Source of the DNA: Nitrospina sp.
Lineage (GTDB): Bacteria; Nitrospinota; Nitrospinia; Nitrospinales; JACRGP01
NCBI GenBank assembly: GCA_024648695.1
Contig: JACAVV010000032.1
Location: forward strand, 1 to 64,000
DNA length: 64,000 bases
Direction of reading: 5' to 3'
In this document: positions 39,054 to 49,187 of the stretch, piece after piece
How positions within the stretch are numbered: the first letter of the stretch is position 1
How the letters are laid out: every line of letters begins with the position of its first letter
Program-made: the position numbers and the translations under genes
Notes under the pieces: model-generated
Told to the model about the DNA's origin: nothing
Seen by the model: the letters and a program-made list of their open reading frames with translations, nothing else
Databases searched by the model: none

Positions 39054-40772
39054 TTAAAGCTTACCCTGAATTGCAGTTTGAGGAAACAGCAAATCAATGA
39101 AACGTTCGGCAGTAGGGTGCGGTTCATGATTGGCCAATCCGGGCCGTTCGTTGGCTTCAATAAAATGATACTCGGGGAGCTTGACATCTTTCACCATCAA
39201 ATCAAACCCTACGACAGGAATGTTGATCACCTGTGCGGCTTTTAAGCAGGCATTCACAAGTTCGGAATGTAGGGAACCGGTCACATCCTGAATGGTACCC
39301 CCTGTATGGAGGTTTGCGGTCCTTCGGACTTTAAGCGTTTCCCCCGGCTTTAATACGGAATCCATTTCGAAACCTGCGGCTTTCACACAACGTAAGGTTT
39401 CATTATCCACAGGTATAGAACTTTCGCCTCCCGTTGCGCTTTGCCGTCGCCGACTTTGTTTTTCGATCAATTTACGAACCGTGAGAAAGCCCGTTCCGGA
39501 AATTTCTGCCGGATGTCGAATAGCCGCGGCTACCACTTCATTTTTTATCACAAGAACCCGCAAGTCCTGTCCTTCGATAAATTCCTCCAACAGCACCCTT
39601 TCACAAACTTTTTCCGCACTTAAGAGAGCGTCTTCCAGGTCTTCAGGATTCGAGAGGCCGACACTGATGCCCTCCCCTTGTTCCCCCTGGGCAGGCTTTA
39701 CGACAATGCGGCCACAACATTCCAAAAACCCCTTGTTGGTTTCGGGATCGGAAGCCACCACTTGCTGGGGAACCTGAATCCCGCTACGGCTGAGGATTCT
39801 GTGCGTTAAGGATTTGTCTGAGCAAATCTGCAAGGCAATGGAACTGGTCAGTTCCGTCAGGGATTCGTGGCAATTGAGGGTTCTTCCGCCATAGGACAAG
39901 CTGAACAAATTACTGGGTTCATCCAAAATTTCTGTAGCAATCCCTCGCCGCCGGGCTTCGTCAATAATGATCTTGGCATAAGGATTCAATTGGTTTTCTG
40001 GAATCGGACCCGTATACAAAGTTTCATTGATAGCGCTCTTATGCTTAAGAAAAAACAGGGGAAGCCTGTAAAACCCCAGTTTTTCGTACAAGCGAATGGC
40101 CTGTTTATTATCATGCAGGACAGAAAGGTCAATATATTCCCGTCCGAGCTTAAACATATGTTCCGCACAATGCCTGACCAAAGCCTCCCCGAGCCCCGGT
40201 TGCGAAGCCTGCGGGTCTACTGCAAGCGACCAGAGGCTGGCCCCTTGATGTGGGTCGTGGTAGATTTTTTCATGGTCGAGACAAGAAATCACTCCAAGAA
40301 TTTTTTTCGTTTTGGATTCCTCGGCAAGGAAAACCTTGATCTTTCCTTCCTTTTCCACATCGTTTAGAAACGAACCGGAAACCGGTACCATCGATCTGGA
40401 TTGAAAAATCTCATTGATTCTGAAGGTATCGTTATTAAAGCTAAATGGCCTCACCTTAAACACATGGGATTTTTCAGGGTTGGCTACGTAATCTTTCTTT
40501 AACAGGCGAAAATGATGCGATGGATCCAGGAAAATTTCCTGGGGAGCCATAGAAAGAACCACGTGGGGCTCCGTTAAATTGTAGACGATGTTGCGTTTTC
40601 CCGGTTCTTCGTCGCACAAAGCCTGTGCCACCTTCTCCGGATTTTGAAAGGTATTGGCAAATATCAAATTACCCCAACCGCAATCCAGAACCACCTCCTT
40701 CAAGGTTTCCTGGGAAGGCGACTCATCAATAAAATTTTGCTTTATCATTTCAGGAAATGAAAGCATGAGCAT
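39054..40772 (-). CDS. ngg: N-acetylglutaminylglutamine synthetase-like bifunctional enzyme, with a GNAT acetyltransferase N-domain and an ATP-grasp (RimK-like) C-domain.
   Basis: It is 572 aa. The N-terminal half is GNAT-like (..LVRHCAEHMFKLGREYIDLSVLHDNKQAIRLYEKLGF). The C-terminal half is ATP-grasp (..VVKPAQGEQGEGIS.., EEFIEGQDLRVLVI, ..ANLHTGGT..). It is directly downstream of an AsnO-like amidotransferase, matching the asnO-ngg arrangement described for NAGGN synthesis. Confidence 0.75.
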   Translation of the reverse strand: MLMLSFPEMIKQNFIDESPSQETLKEVVLDCGWGNLIFANTFQNPEKVAQALCDEEPGKRNIVYNLTEPHVVLSMAPQEIFLDPSHHFRLLKKDYVANPEKSHVFKVRPFSFNNDTFRINEIFQSRSMVPVSGSFLNDVEKEGKIKVFLAEESKTKKILGVISCLDHEKIYHDPHQGASLWSLAVDPQASQPGLGEALVRHCAEHMFKLGREYIDLSVLHDNKQAIRLYEKLGFYRLPLFFLKHKSAINETLYTGPIPENQLNPYAKIIIDEARRRGIATEILDEPSNLFSLSYGGRTLNCHESLTELTSSIALQICSDKSLTHRILSRSGIQVPQQVVASDPETNKGFLECCGRIVVKPAQGEQGEGISVGLSNPEDLEDALLSAEKVCERVLLEEFIEGQDLRVLVIKNEVVAAAIRHPAEISGTGFLTVRKLIEKQSRRRQSATGGESSIPVDNETLRCVKAAGFEMDSVLKPGETLKVRRTANLHTGGTIQDVTGSLHSELVNACLKAAQVINIPVVGFDLMVKDVKLPEYHFIEANERPGLANHEPHPTAERFIDLLFPQTAIQGKL

Positions 40773-40802
40773 AGTATGTATTTCCTCAATTTGGTCTTTG
40801 GA

Positions 40803-42578
40803 TCAATTAATGTCATGGGTCTGCAACCAAAACTCCAATAAGGCGCATTGCCACAGCTTTGATCCTTTTAAAGGCGTGATGTGCTGTTCCGGATTCTTCA
40901 ATAAAGTTTCAATATATTCGGGATTGAACAAACCCCGCTGTGAAGATTTTGGGTTATGCAACAGGTCACGCACAAAATCAAGAGTTTCGCCCTGAAGGTA
41001 TTTCAGTGCCGGTACAGGGAAATAACCTTTTGGACGGTCAATGACCTCGTTGGGAATCACCTCTCTGGCCACTTCTTTAAGAATCCATTTTCCGTCTCCC
41101 TTGATTTTTAAATCAGGTGGCATTCGGGCGGCCAATTCCACCACTTCGTGATCCAGAAAAGGAACGCGGGCTTCCAGGGCCCAGGCCATAGTCATGTTGT
41201 CTACCCGTTTTACCGGATCATCCACAAGCATCACCAGCGTGTCCAGCTTTAACGCCTTGTCCACAGGATTATTAATATCCGGTTGAGCAAAAAACTTTTC
41301 GACAAAAACCCGGCTGTAATCGTCTCCAATCAAGTCCGGATGCATGATGCGGCTGAATTCATCATGATCCCTGTCAAAAAATGCTTTGGCATAAGCCTTG
41401 GCAGGATCCATCCCGCAATCCATCTGCTGATACCAAAAGTAACCCCCGAATACCTCATCAGCACCCTGGCCACTTTGGACCACCTTCAAAAATTTGGAAA
41501 CTTCTTTGGAAAGTAAAAAGAACCCGATGTTATCGTGGCTGACCATCGGTTCGGACATGGCGCTCACGCAATGGCGAAGCTCATCCAAAGCGGAATCGGA
41601 TTGAACAAATATCTTGTGATGGTCCGTGCCAAAATGATTGGCAATGATGTCCGAATACTGAAACTCATTGCCTTTTTCGTCGCCGACATCTTCAAAGCCA
41701 ATTGAAAAGGTATTCAGTCCTTTTTGTCCGGCCTCTGCCAACAACCCGACAATAAGACTGGAGTCCAATCCCCCGGATAGAAGGACACCCACTGGAACGT
41801 CGGCCACCAAACGGCGCTTGACCGCGCGGCGCATGGAGTCCAAAAGAAGCTGTTTCCAGTCTTCGACGCTCAGGTTCTCGTCCCCCTTCAACATTCCAAA
41901 CTCCAGGGACCAATAATTTTCAAGACGCTCCTTGCCATCTGGCTCAACAACGAGGAGTGCGCCCGGAGGCAATTTTCGAACCCCCTTCAACAGAGTATAA
42001 GGAGATGGCACTACCGCGTGAAAAGTCATGTAATGATGAACCGCTATGGGATCAATTTCGGTGTCGATATCCCCCCCAGCCAGCAAGGCCGGTAAGGTGG
42101 AAGCGAAACGCAATGCGTTTTTCTGTTTATTAAGGTAAAGGGGTTTGATTCCCAACCTGTCCCGAACCAAAATCAGACGACCGGTATCTCTCTCCCAAAT
42201 GGCGATGGCAAACATTCCCTGCAAACGTTCAACAAAAGACTCTCCCCAGGCGTGGTAGGCCTTGACTAAAACTTCGCTGTCGCCTTGACTAAAAAAACGG
42301 TAGCCCTTTTCCTTCAGTTCCTGGCGCAACTCCTTATAATTGTATATAATCCCATTAAAAACCAGGGCCAGGCCCAGTTCTGAGTCTACCAAAGGCTGTT
42401 GCGAAGCTTCACTGAGATCGATTATCTTCAGGCGCCGGTGACCTAAAGCTATATTTTTTTGGGCAAAATGTCCGATGCCATCCGGTCCGCGGGGGGCAAG
42501 AAGGTTTCCCATCTTAAAAATACGTTCAATATTTGCGGTCTCACCATTAAAAGTAATCTCACCACAAAGTCCACACAT
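40803..42578 (-). CDS. asnO: Glutamine-dependent amidotransferase of the asparagine synthetase B family (AsnO-like, the NAGGN pathway amidotransferase).
   Basis: It has an MCG start (class-II GATase nucleophile Cys2), a GATase domain, and an asparagine-synthetase PP-loop domain (SGGLDSS). It is 591 aa. Confidence 0.8.
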   Translation of the reverse strand: MCGLCGEITFNGETANIERIFKMGNLLAPRGPDGIGHFAQKNIALGHRRLKIIDLSEASQQPLVDSELGLALVFNGIIYNYKELRQELKEKGYRFFSQGDSEVLVKAYHAWGESFVERLQGMFAIAIWERDTGRLILVRDRLGIKPLYLNKQKNALRFASTLPALLAGGDIDTEIDPIAVHHYMTFHAVVPSPYTLLKGVRKLPPGALLVVEPDGKERLENYWSLEFGMLKGDENLSVEDWKQLLLDSMRRAVKRRLVADVPVGVLLSGGLDSSLIVGLLAEAGQKGLNTFSIGFEDVGDEKGNEFQYSDIIANHFGTDHHKIFVQSDSALDELRHCVSAMSEPMVSHDNIGFFLLSKEVSKFLKVVQSGQGADEVFGGYFWYQQMDCGMDPAKAYAKAFFDRDHDEFSRIMHPDLIGDDYSRVFVEKFFAQPDINNPVDKALKLDTLVMLVDDPVKRVDNMTMAWALEARVPFLDHEVVELAARMPPDLKIKGDGKWILKEVAREVIPNEVIDRPKGYFPVPALKYLQGETLDFVRDLLHNPKSSQRGLFNPEYIETLLKNPEQHITPLKGSKLWQCALLEFWLQTHDIN

Positions 42579-43229
42579 AAATGATTTCCTATATTTATTA
42601 ATAAATTCGAGCCAAAACCCTGTTTATTGACCTTGAGCCCTTTGGTATGTCTTTTCTAATAAACCCCAAGTCATTGGCTGTGCCCTTGTTGGTTTCAAGC
42701 AACACCGACATATTTTCCGATATAGTTTGGGCGATAGGGATTCAAAAAATAAAATATCTACGTGGCAATTATTGTCACATAGCTGACAAATAATTTAAAC
42801 TTGATTTATATTGCTATGTACATTAAGTTTTTCTTATCTATAGATTCAACTTGGCCGTAATATTTATTGGCAAACTTTAGAGATAGGATGGCTCTTTTCT
42901 ACAAAAGCAATTCTACTAAAACCCGATTCGCGGTCATTGAAGTTCCCTGATGTCAACATGTTCTCCGTTTATCAAAAAGCCACTTAAAGCATGTAGGTCA
43001 AAATCAGTATTGGCATTTGAAACAGTATTTGTTGCTTGAATTAAATATCCTCGACCTCTGGATTTAAAAAACGGGATGCTTTGATGTATAATCAACGATT
43101 TCTAGAAATATAAGGGAAACAACTGCCATAAATAAGGTGGTTTTTTTGGCCTCAAGGCCATCACTCTTGAATCTCGAACAACAGCTATTCTTCTCGAAAT
43201 AAAGCGTCTGGCCACTCGCTTCTCTGGAT

Positions 43230-43661
43230 ATGGAAAATCGTACCAACTTACTTCGCTATGCCCTTGGCATCGTCTATTTTCATTTTGGATTGCTGAAGTA
43301 CTTCCGTGACCTCAGTTCAGCAGAATTGATCGCGGAACAAACCATTATGAAGTTTTCCTTATATGCCTTTGATGCGCATACGGCCCTCTTGTTTCTGGCC
43401 ACGTTCGAAGTGATAATCGGATTGGGGTTCCTATTTAATTTCAAACCAAAATTAATCTTTTGTCTGTTCCTGCTTCATATGGCGGGCACCTTTATCCCTC
43501 TGTTTGTGTTCCCGGAAATAGCGTTTAAGTTTGCTCCATTCGCTCCTACCCTTGAGGGCCAATATATACTAAAAAATATCGTTTTCCTTGCGGCAGGTTG
43601 GGCGGTCCTTTACCCTCAAATCAAAAGCAAGGGCATGAAAAGTCGAGTCGAGGAAAAATGA
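43230..43661 (+). CDS. Small 4-TM membrane protein, DoxX/DUF417-like.
   Basis: It has four hydrophobic helices in 143 aa. Its stop overlaps the next gene's start (ATGA), so the two are translationally coupled. Confidence 0.5.
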   Translation: MENRTNLLRYALGIVYFHFGLLKYFRDLSSAELIAEQTIMKFSLYAFDAHTALLFLATFEVIIGLGFLFNFKPKLIFCLFLLHMAGTFIPLFVFPEIAFKFAPFAPTLEGQYILKNIVFLAAGWAVLYPQIKSKGMKSRVEEK

Positions 43662-45178
43662 AATTCATAAAAAAAAATGCCATAGCCCTGTTGATCATCG
43701 TTCTGATTTCTACGGGGGTTTATTTTTCTTACCAGGCTTATAAGGGCACGGATCTTTCCCGGATTCCTGTACAAGTGAAGAAAACTTCCGCTCAAAACCC
43801 GTACAAGGAAGCTCCGAATTCCTCCCGGATCACCAATAAGGGGGTTGAACAATTGAAAGTTTACCCTTCAATTCAAAAAGGTATGCGAACCCCTTTTGAT
43901 TTATGGAATTACTATGGTAAAGGGGATTCCAGTTTTGGGTCTCCCAACCTCCCCATGCGTTTTGAGCAATGGGTCGATTTTAACAAGAAGCAAAAACCAA
44001 AATTGATGGCGGATGTCGATGCGTATATGAACGGACGGTTTAATTTTGACAGCAGGGCCATTCCGGGCCAATTTATGTCTGGTGGACGAAAGCCGATCAT
44101 GGCAGGACCCGTCACCCGTCTTCCAAGGGGGATCGACTCTTTTGAGACCCTGGCAGACCTTGCACCGGAAGAAATTAAGAAGAGGGATCTGTTTCCTTTC
44201 AAACCACTGGCCCATCCTATTCAGTCCACCGCTCACATGGTTTTTCCGGATTCCTGGGTTGCCATTCATCCTCAGCATAAAAGGTTGGATGTCGATATGG
44301 ACATTCCCGAGGACTATCTTCCCGAGTTTCCTCCGCCTCTTTTCCTGACCACACACAAGGAACTGGGAGATGTGACCGGAGGCCAGGAAATCACCCTGGA
44401 TAATTTTTTTGAAATGTTCGATGGCATAATAAGTCCTGAGCAAATGGAAGGCCTGAAGGAATTGTTAAGGCCGACTCCCACCACCTGGTTCAATCATACC
44501 TCGCATCGCATTACGGAAGAGCCTTCCCAGGGAGTCGCCTGCCTGGACTGCCATGTGAACGGGCACACCAATGGCGCTTTTGAACTGGCACCGGACTCAC
44601 GACCGAATATGGCGCGGTTACGGGTCGATACACCCACCATGCGAGGGAATTACAACTTGATGTTGCTTTCCTCCAAACGCTCTATTCGAAGCATGGATCA
44701 TTTTGCCGAAGTGGAAGAATACTTTGACGGCGATCCCGGAATGCAACAATCCATCGGTCCCCGTGCTGCGAAAAGGGAGGTGACGAATCGTATGGGAGAT
44801 TTCAATTCCATCATCGATTATCCCCCTGCTCCCAAACTCAATCCGCTGATGCGGCTGATTCCCGGCAAGGCTACGGAATCGGAACTCCGGGGAGAAGCGG
44901 TTTTTCATGGCAAAGGACAATGCGACAAATGCCACTATGGGCCCGCGTTCACGGATGACTACATGCATGATCTTCAGGTGGAGCGATTTTATGTGGGACG
45001 GCCCGAAGGTCCAATCAAAACGTTTCCGTTAAGGGGTATCAAGGATTCGCCACCCTATTTGCATGACGGACGACTCCCCACACTGGCCGACGCGGTAGAG
45101 TTTTTCAATATCGTTTTGACCCTGAAACTAACAAAGCAGGAAAAAGAGGATTTGGTGAACTATTTGCTCGCCTTGTAA
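43658..45178 (+). CDS. Di-heme cytochrome c peroxidase-family (CCP/MauG-like) protein with a roughly 300-aa N-terminal extension and a signal anchor.
   Basis: It has two CxxCH motifs (CLDCHVNGH; CDKCHYGPAF) and the CCP-type block FHGKGQCDKCHYGPAFTDDYMHD. The C-terminal block is PPYLHDGRLPTLADAVEFF. There is an N-terminal hydrophobic segment. Confidence 0.7.
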   Translation: MKFIKKNAIALLIIVLISTGVYFSYQAYKGTDLSRIPVQVKKTSAQNPYKEAPNSSRITNKGVEQLKVYPSIQKGMRTPFDLWNYYGKGDSSFGSPNLPMRFEQWVDFNKKQKPKLMADVDAYMNGRFNFDSRAIPGQFMSGGRKPIMAGPVTRLPRGIDSFETLADLAPEEIKKRDLFPFKPLAHPIQSTAHMVFPDSWVAIHPQHKRLDVDMDIPEDYLPEFPPPLFLTTHKELGDVTGGQEITLDNFFEMFDGIISPEQMEGLKELLRPTPTTWFNHTSHRITEEPSQGVACLDCHVNGHTNGAFELAPDSRPNMARLRVDTPTMRGNYNLMLLSSKRSIRSMDHFAEVEEYFDGDPGMQQSIGPRAAKREVTNRMGDFNSIIDYPPAPKLNPLMRLIPGKATESELRGEAVFHGKGQCDKCHYGPAFTDDYMHDLQVERFYVGRPEGPIKTFPLRGIKDSPPYLHDGRLPTLADAVEFFNIVLTLKLTKQEKEDLVNYLLAL

Positions 45179-45249
45179 ACAAATTTGCTTTCAATCATTG
45201 ATATTACAAGCTTCAGAAGAAGGAGGTTGTTACAGTGGGACCTCATCTT

Positions 45250-46164
45250 TTAATGGAACAAAGCGGCAACTCGGTTGCGGCCTTGACTTTTGGCCTTATT
45301 CAAGGCTTGATCGGCGTCTTCCAATAAAGATTTCCAGTGCGACTTCCGTTCGGGAACTGTGACTCCCACACCCAGGCTCACGGTCACCCAAGGCCCCACC
45401 GAACTCTTTCGATGATCGATACGCAACTCTTCGATTTTGGATCTGAATACTTCTGCCAGATGCAGGGCTCCTTTTGCCGAGGTATCGGGAAGGACCATAA
45501 TAAATTCTTCCCCGCCATAACGAGCCGTGAAATCGCTGAGGCGGTTCAGAGTGGGATCAAATGAAGAAGCGATTTTCTGCAGGCACTGGTCACCGGTGGA
45601 GTTTCCATAGGCATCATTGTAGGCTTTGAAACAGTCGATATCCACCAAAACAACAGCCAGGGAACGCTGGTTACGGTTTGCCCGTTTATGCTCTTTTTCA
45701 ATGCATTCTTCGAAATAACGGCGATTGTACAAGCCGGTGAGTGCATCCCGTACCGATAACTCCTTCAGACTTTTCTCAACGTCATCGTGATAACGGAAAA
45801 AATCCGTCACACTCAAAATGCCGATGATTTCACCACGTTTTCTGACAGCCAAATGGCGGATCCTGGATTTTTGCATGATGCCATTGGCTTCGGCCATCGT
45901 GGTATTGCAATCCACTCCAATGATAGGAGCAGACATGATTTCGGTGACCTTATGACCCACAGGTATATTGTTAAAAGCAACCTTGCGAGTGAAATCCGTG
46001 TCCGAAACCACACCGATATACACCCCGCCTTGCTCGACCATAACCAGGGACTGCCTTAAAGAATTCATCAATTGAGCGGCGTCATTGATGGTCGCGTTTT
46101 CCGAAACCACCGCGAAAGTGGTGTCCATATAATCTTCCACAAGGCTCATCGCTTCCCTTTCCAT
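45250..46164 (-). CDS. Diguanylate cyclase with tandem CBS domains followed by a GGDEF domain.
   Basis: It has the GGEEF active-site motif (RYGGEEF) and a DxLTGL..NRR block. The N-terminal 120 aa form a CBS pair. Confidence 0.85.
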   Translation of the reverse strand: MEREAMSLVEDYMDTTFAVVSENATINDAAQLMNSLRQSLVMVEQGGVYIGVVSDTDFTRKVAFNNIPVGHKVTEIMSAPIIGVDCNTTMAEANGIMQKSRIRHLAVRKRGEIIGILSVTDFFRYHDDVEKSLKELSVRDALTGLYNRRYFEECIEKEHKRANRNQRSLAVVLVDIDCFKAYNDAYGNSTGDQCLQKIASSFDPTLNRLSDFTARYGGEEFIMVLPDTSAKGALHLAEVFRSKIEELRIDHRKSSVGPWVTVSLGVGVTVPERKSHWKSLLEDADQALNKAKSQGRNRVAALFH

Positions 46165-46327
46165 TTCAAAATAGCATTGCTTATAATAACCTATTTCTTT
46201 CGGCTTTGGGAGGACACAATTCAGTAAATTGAGCCGCTTTGCTTGCAGGCGGTGCGGGTTTAATGTAAATTGGAAAGCTATAATAACCTTTCCAATTCAT
46301 CCATCCACTTCTGGAGCAAACGACCGA

Positions 46328-47638
46328 ATGATACCGGAATTATTGGCCCCGGCCGGCAGTCCCGAAAAACTGCAATACGCGTTCGCATATGGCGCCGACG
46401 CTGTGTACGCGGGTATTCCTCGCTTTTCTTTGCGCGCCCGCGAAAACCCTTTCAAGGAAGACAGTCTCATCTCGGCTATTGAATCGACGCACAAGCTGGG
46501 AAAGAAGATTTATATCACCGCAAATATTCTCCCGCCCAACCGCAAAATCGAATCTTTTGAACGAAACCTGCGTGTGTTTGCGGAAGCGAAACCTGACGCC
46601 TTCATCATGGCCGATCCGGGCATGATCCAGTTCGTACTGAAAGAATGCCCTGACGTGCCGGTTCACCTGTCCGTGCAAACCAACACTATCAACTGGGCTT
46701 CGGTCAAGTTCTGGTACGAACTTGGAGTGAAGAGGATCATCCTGTCACGGGAATTGTCTATGGTGGAAATTCAGGAGATTCACGAACGTGTTCCGGGGAT
46801 GGAACTGGAATCGTTTGTTCACGGCGCAATATGTATTGCCTATTCCGGGCGGTGTCTATTGTCGAACTACTTTAATCATCGCGATGCCAACCAGGGCACC
46901 TGCACCAACAGTTGCCGGTGGGAATACAATATGTACCAATCGCCTGACGGAGAAAATACCGTGCCCGCTAACCCGCTCGCAGGAAAGCGTGATCTGGAAG
47001 GCGAATATTTCATTGAAGAACCCCAGCGCCCTGGTGAACTGTTGCCCATCGATGAAGACGAGCATGGAACGTATATCATGAACTCCAAAGATCTACGTGC
47101 GATTGAGCTTTTAAAGGATCTTAAGAATGCAGGGGTGGTCTCTTTTAAAATTGAGGGCCGGACCAAAACGATTTATTATCTGGCACGTGTGACGGGAACT
47201 TATCGCAAGGCTCTGGATGATTTAGGTGAGAACAAACCATTCAATCCCGAATTGAAAGCAGATTTGGAAAAAACCGCCAACCGGGGATTCACCACGGCCT
47301 TTTTGGCTCCCAAAAACCAATCCGCGATGGAACGGTTCGATTCCTGTCAGGAAACCGATTTACCTCAGGTGTATGCCGGACAGGTGGTGTCCGACCGTGA
47401 AGGTGGCTGGATGGAAGTCGAAGTGAAAAACCGGATCGAACTTGGAGATACGATGGAATACATTTCTCCTTCAGGCAACTACACATTCACTCTCAATGCA
47501 ATGGAAAGCATTAGCGGTGAAAAACAGGCCGTGGCCCACGGTGGCAACGGCCGAGTTTGGATTCGAACTGAGGGCCCTGTCGAGCCCTTTGCATTGTTGA
47601 GCCGAATTCAGGAGGTCCCCACCGCTTCCTTATCATAA
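46328..47638 (+). CDS. Peptidase U32 family protein (collagenase-like; the RlhA/TrhP/UbiU group). The start is the ATG at 46328.
   Basis: The N-terminus PELLAPAGS..AYGADAVY and the U32 core are followed by a Cys-rich C(x)nC segment (CIAYSGRCLLS..C..C). It is about 436 aa. Confidence 0.75.
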   Translation: MIPELLAPAGSPEKLQYAFAYGADAVYAGIPRFSLRARENPFKEDSLISAIESTHKLGKKIYITANILPPNRKIESFERNLRVFAEAKPDAFIMADPGMIQFVLKECPDVPVHLSVQTNTINWASVKFWYELGVKRIILSRELSMVEIQEIHERVPGMELESFVHGAICIAYSGRCLLSNYFNHRDANQGTCTNSCRWEYNMYQSPDGENTVPANPLAGKRDLEGEYFIEEPQRPGELLPIDEDEHGTYIMNSKDLRAIELLKDLKNAGVVSFKIEGRTKTIYYLARVTGTYRKALDDLGENKPFNPELKADLEKTANRGFTTAFLAPKNQSAMERFDSCQETDLPQVYAGQVVSDREGGWMEVEVKNRIELGDTMEYISPSGNYTFTLNAMESISGEKQAVAHGGNGRVWIRTEGPVEPFALLSRIQEVPTASLS

Positions 47639-48152
47639 ATAAATTGGCGGATTCACACGCGATTTTTTACCCAAGGGTGTATTTTTAATGGTTCTTTTTG
47701 ACACCATCCATCCCTAATATGATAACAATCAGGAACAGGGCCACTCCCAAAATGATGGAATCTCCCAGGGTATATTGTTGGAAATCCAGGAAGTCATAGG
47801 TCAGCGATCCGTCGATAGCGATGGCTAAAACGACGAAAACCGTTAAAAACAAGAGTTTTTTCAATTTTGTTTGCAAATGTTGTCCTGAGGCGTCTTAATA
47901 TTGGAAACTCCTGTACTTCAGTCTGTTTTTAGCAAAGAATCCCTGACCATGCAATAATTGTTGTGATTTGAATTTTCCACTTTGATAAATAAGGACTTAA
48001 GCTTTACAATAAGGTGCTTGAAAAATGGTATTTAAATATTAACCATTTATACATTCCAGAATGCAAATTCTTTAAATAACTGCGGTTCAGTTCTTGAAAC
48101 CCGGTGAGTCCAAATTACAGTTTTTTAAAATTCAACCAAGAGAATTACCTAT

Positions 48153-49160
48153 ATGGCCATACCCGTCAAGCAGGCGATCAAGGTAGGATATTACATATTC
48201 AAGCAAAAACTTAAAGGCAACAAGAAATACCCTTTGGTTTTGATGTTGGAACCGTTGTTCCGATGCAACCTGGAATGCATTGGTTGCGGAAAGATCCAGA
48301 AACCAAACGAAATTTTAAAACAACATCTTTCTGTGGAAGATTGCCTGAATGCCGCAGAAGAGTGTGATGCCCCTATCGTTTCTGTTGCTGGCGGTGAACC
48401 TCTGATTCACCCCCAAATAGTAGACATCGTAGAAGGATTGGTGAATCAGGGCCGATACGTGTATCTATGCACCAACGCGCTCCTTCTGGAAAAGCATTTG
48501 ACCCGCTTGCCTAAATCCGACAAATTGACCCTTTCCATTCATCTGGATGGCCTGGAGGAAGAACATGACCGGATCGTGGACAAGAAAGGAACGTTTCAAA
48601 TTTGTGTCGATGTGATCAAAAAGGCCAAGGCAATGGGGTTCCGGGTAACGAGTAACACCACGTTGTTTGATGGCGTGACAGTTGAAGAAGCAGAAGAGTT
48701 TTTTGATTTCGTTCAGCCTCTGGGAGTGGATGGCATGACCGTATCCGCCGGGTTTCAGTATCCGGATGCCCCGGATCAGGAACATTTTTTTGGACGCAAC
48801 AAAACGCATCAGTTTTTTGACCGGCTGTTATCCAAAAATACTAACGGGCGCTGGGACTTCAATCATTCTCCTTTATACCTCGAGTTTTTACGTGGCCAAA
48901 AAGATTACGACTGCACGCCTTGGGGAAATCCCAATTATTCCGTACTGGGTTGGCAGAAACCCTGCTATTTGCTTGACGAAGGATACGCACCTTCTTTCAA
49001 GGAATTGATCGAAACAACAGAATGGGAAAACTACGGTCACCGCAACCATCCCAAATGCGCCGATTGCACAGCACATTGTGGATACGAAGCCAGCGCCGTC
49101 GAAGACGCCACACGCAATTTTAAAAGTATGGTCTCCTCCGCCAAATCTGTTTTCCTTTAG
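48153..49160 (+). CDS. hpnH: Hopanoid biosynthesis radical SAM protein HpnH (adenosylhopane-forming).
   Basis: It has the CNLECIGCG radical-SAM cluster and is near-collinear with the HpnH N-terminus (MAIPVKQAIKVGYYIFKQKLKGNKKYPLVLMLEPLFRCNL..). It has a C-terminal DUF3463-like Cys-rich tail (CADCTAHCGYE) and is 335 aa. Confidence 0.8.
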   Translation: MAIPVKQAIKVGYYIFKQKLKGNKKYPLVLMLEPLFRCNLECIGCGKIQKPNEILKQHLSVEDCLNAAEECDAPIVSVAGGEPLIHPQIVDIVEGLVNQGRYVYLCTNALLLEKHLTRLPKSDKLTLSIHLDGLEEEHDRIVDKKGTFQICVDVIKKAKAMGFRVTSNTTLFDGVTVEEAEEFFDFVQPLGVDGMTVSAGFQYPDAPDQEHFFGRNKTHQFFDRLLSKNTNGRWDFNHSPLYLEFLRGQKDYDCTPWGNPNYSVLGWQKPCYLLDEGYAPSFKELIETTEWENYGHRNHPKCADCTAHCGYEASAVEDATRNFKSMVSSAKSVFL

Positions 49161-49187
49161 TCTTTTTCTCATGCTACATGAGAGAGA

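Noticed and set aside
43064-43246. 60-aa ORF on the minus strand in the asnO upstream region
   Set aside because: It has no RBS, lies in an AT-rich promoter region, overlaps the start of the DoxX-like gene, and is likely spurious.
47334-47344. GGTTCGATTCC, a tRNA T-loop-like 11-mer
   Set aside because: It lies inside the U32 peptidase coding frame with no acceptor or anticodon stem context, so it is a chance match.
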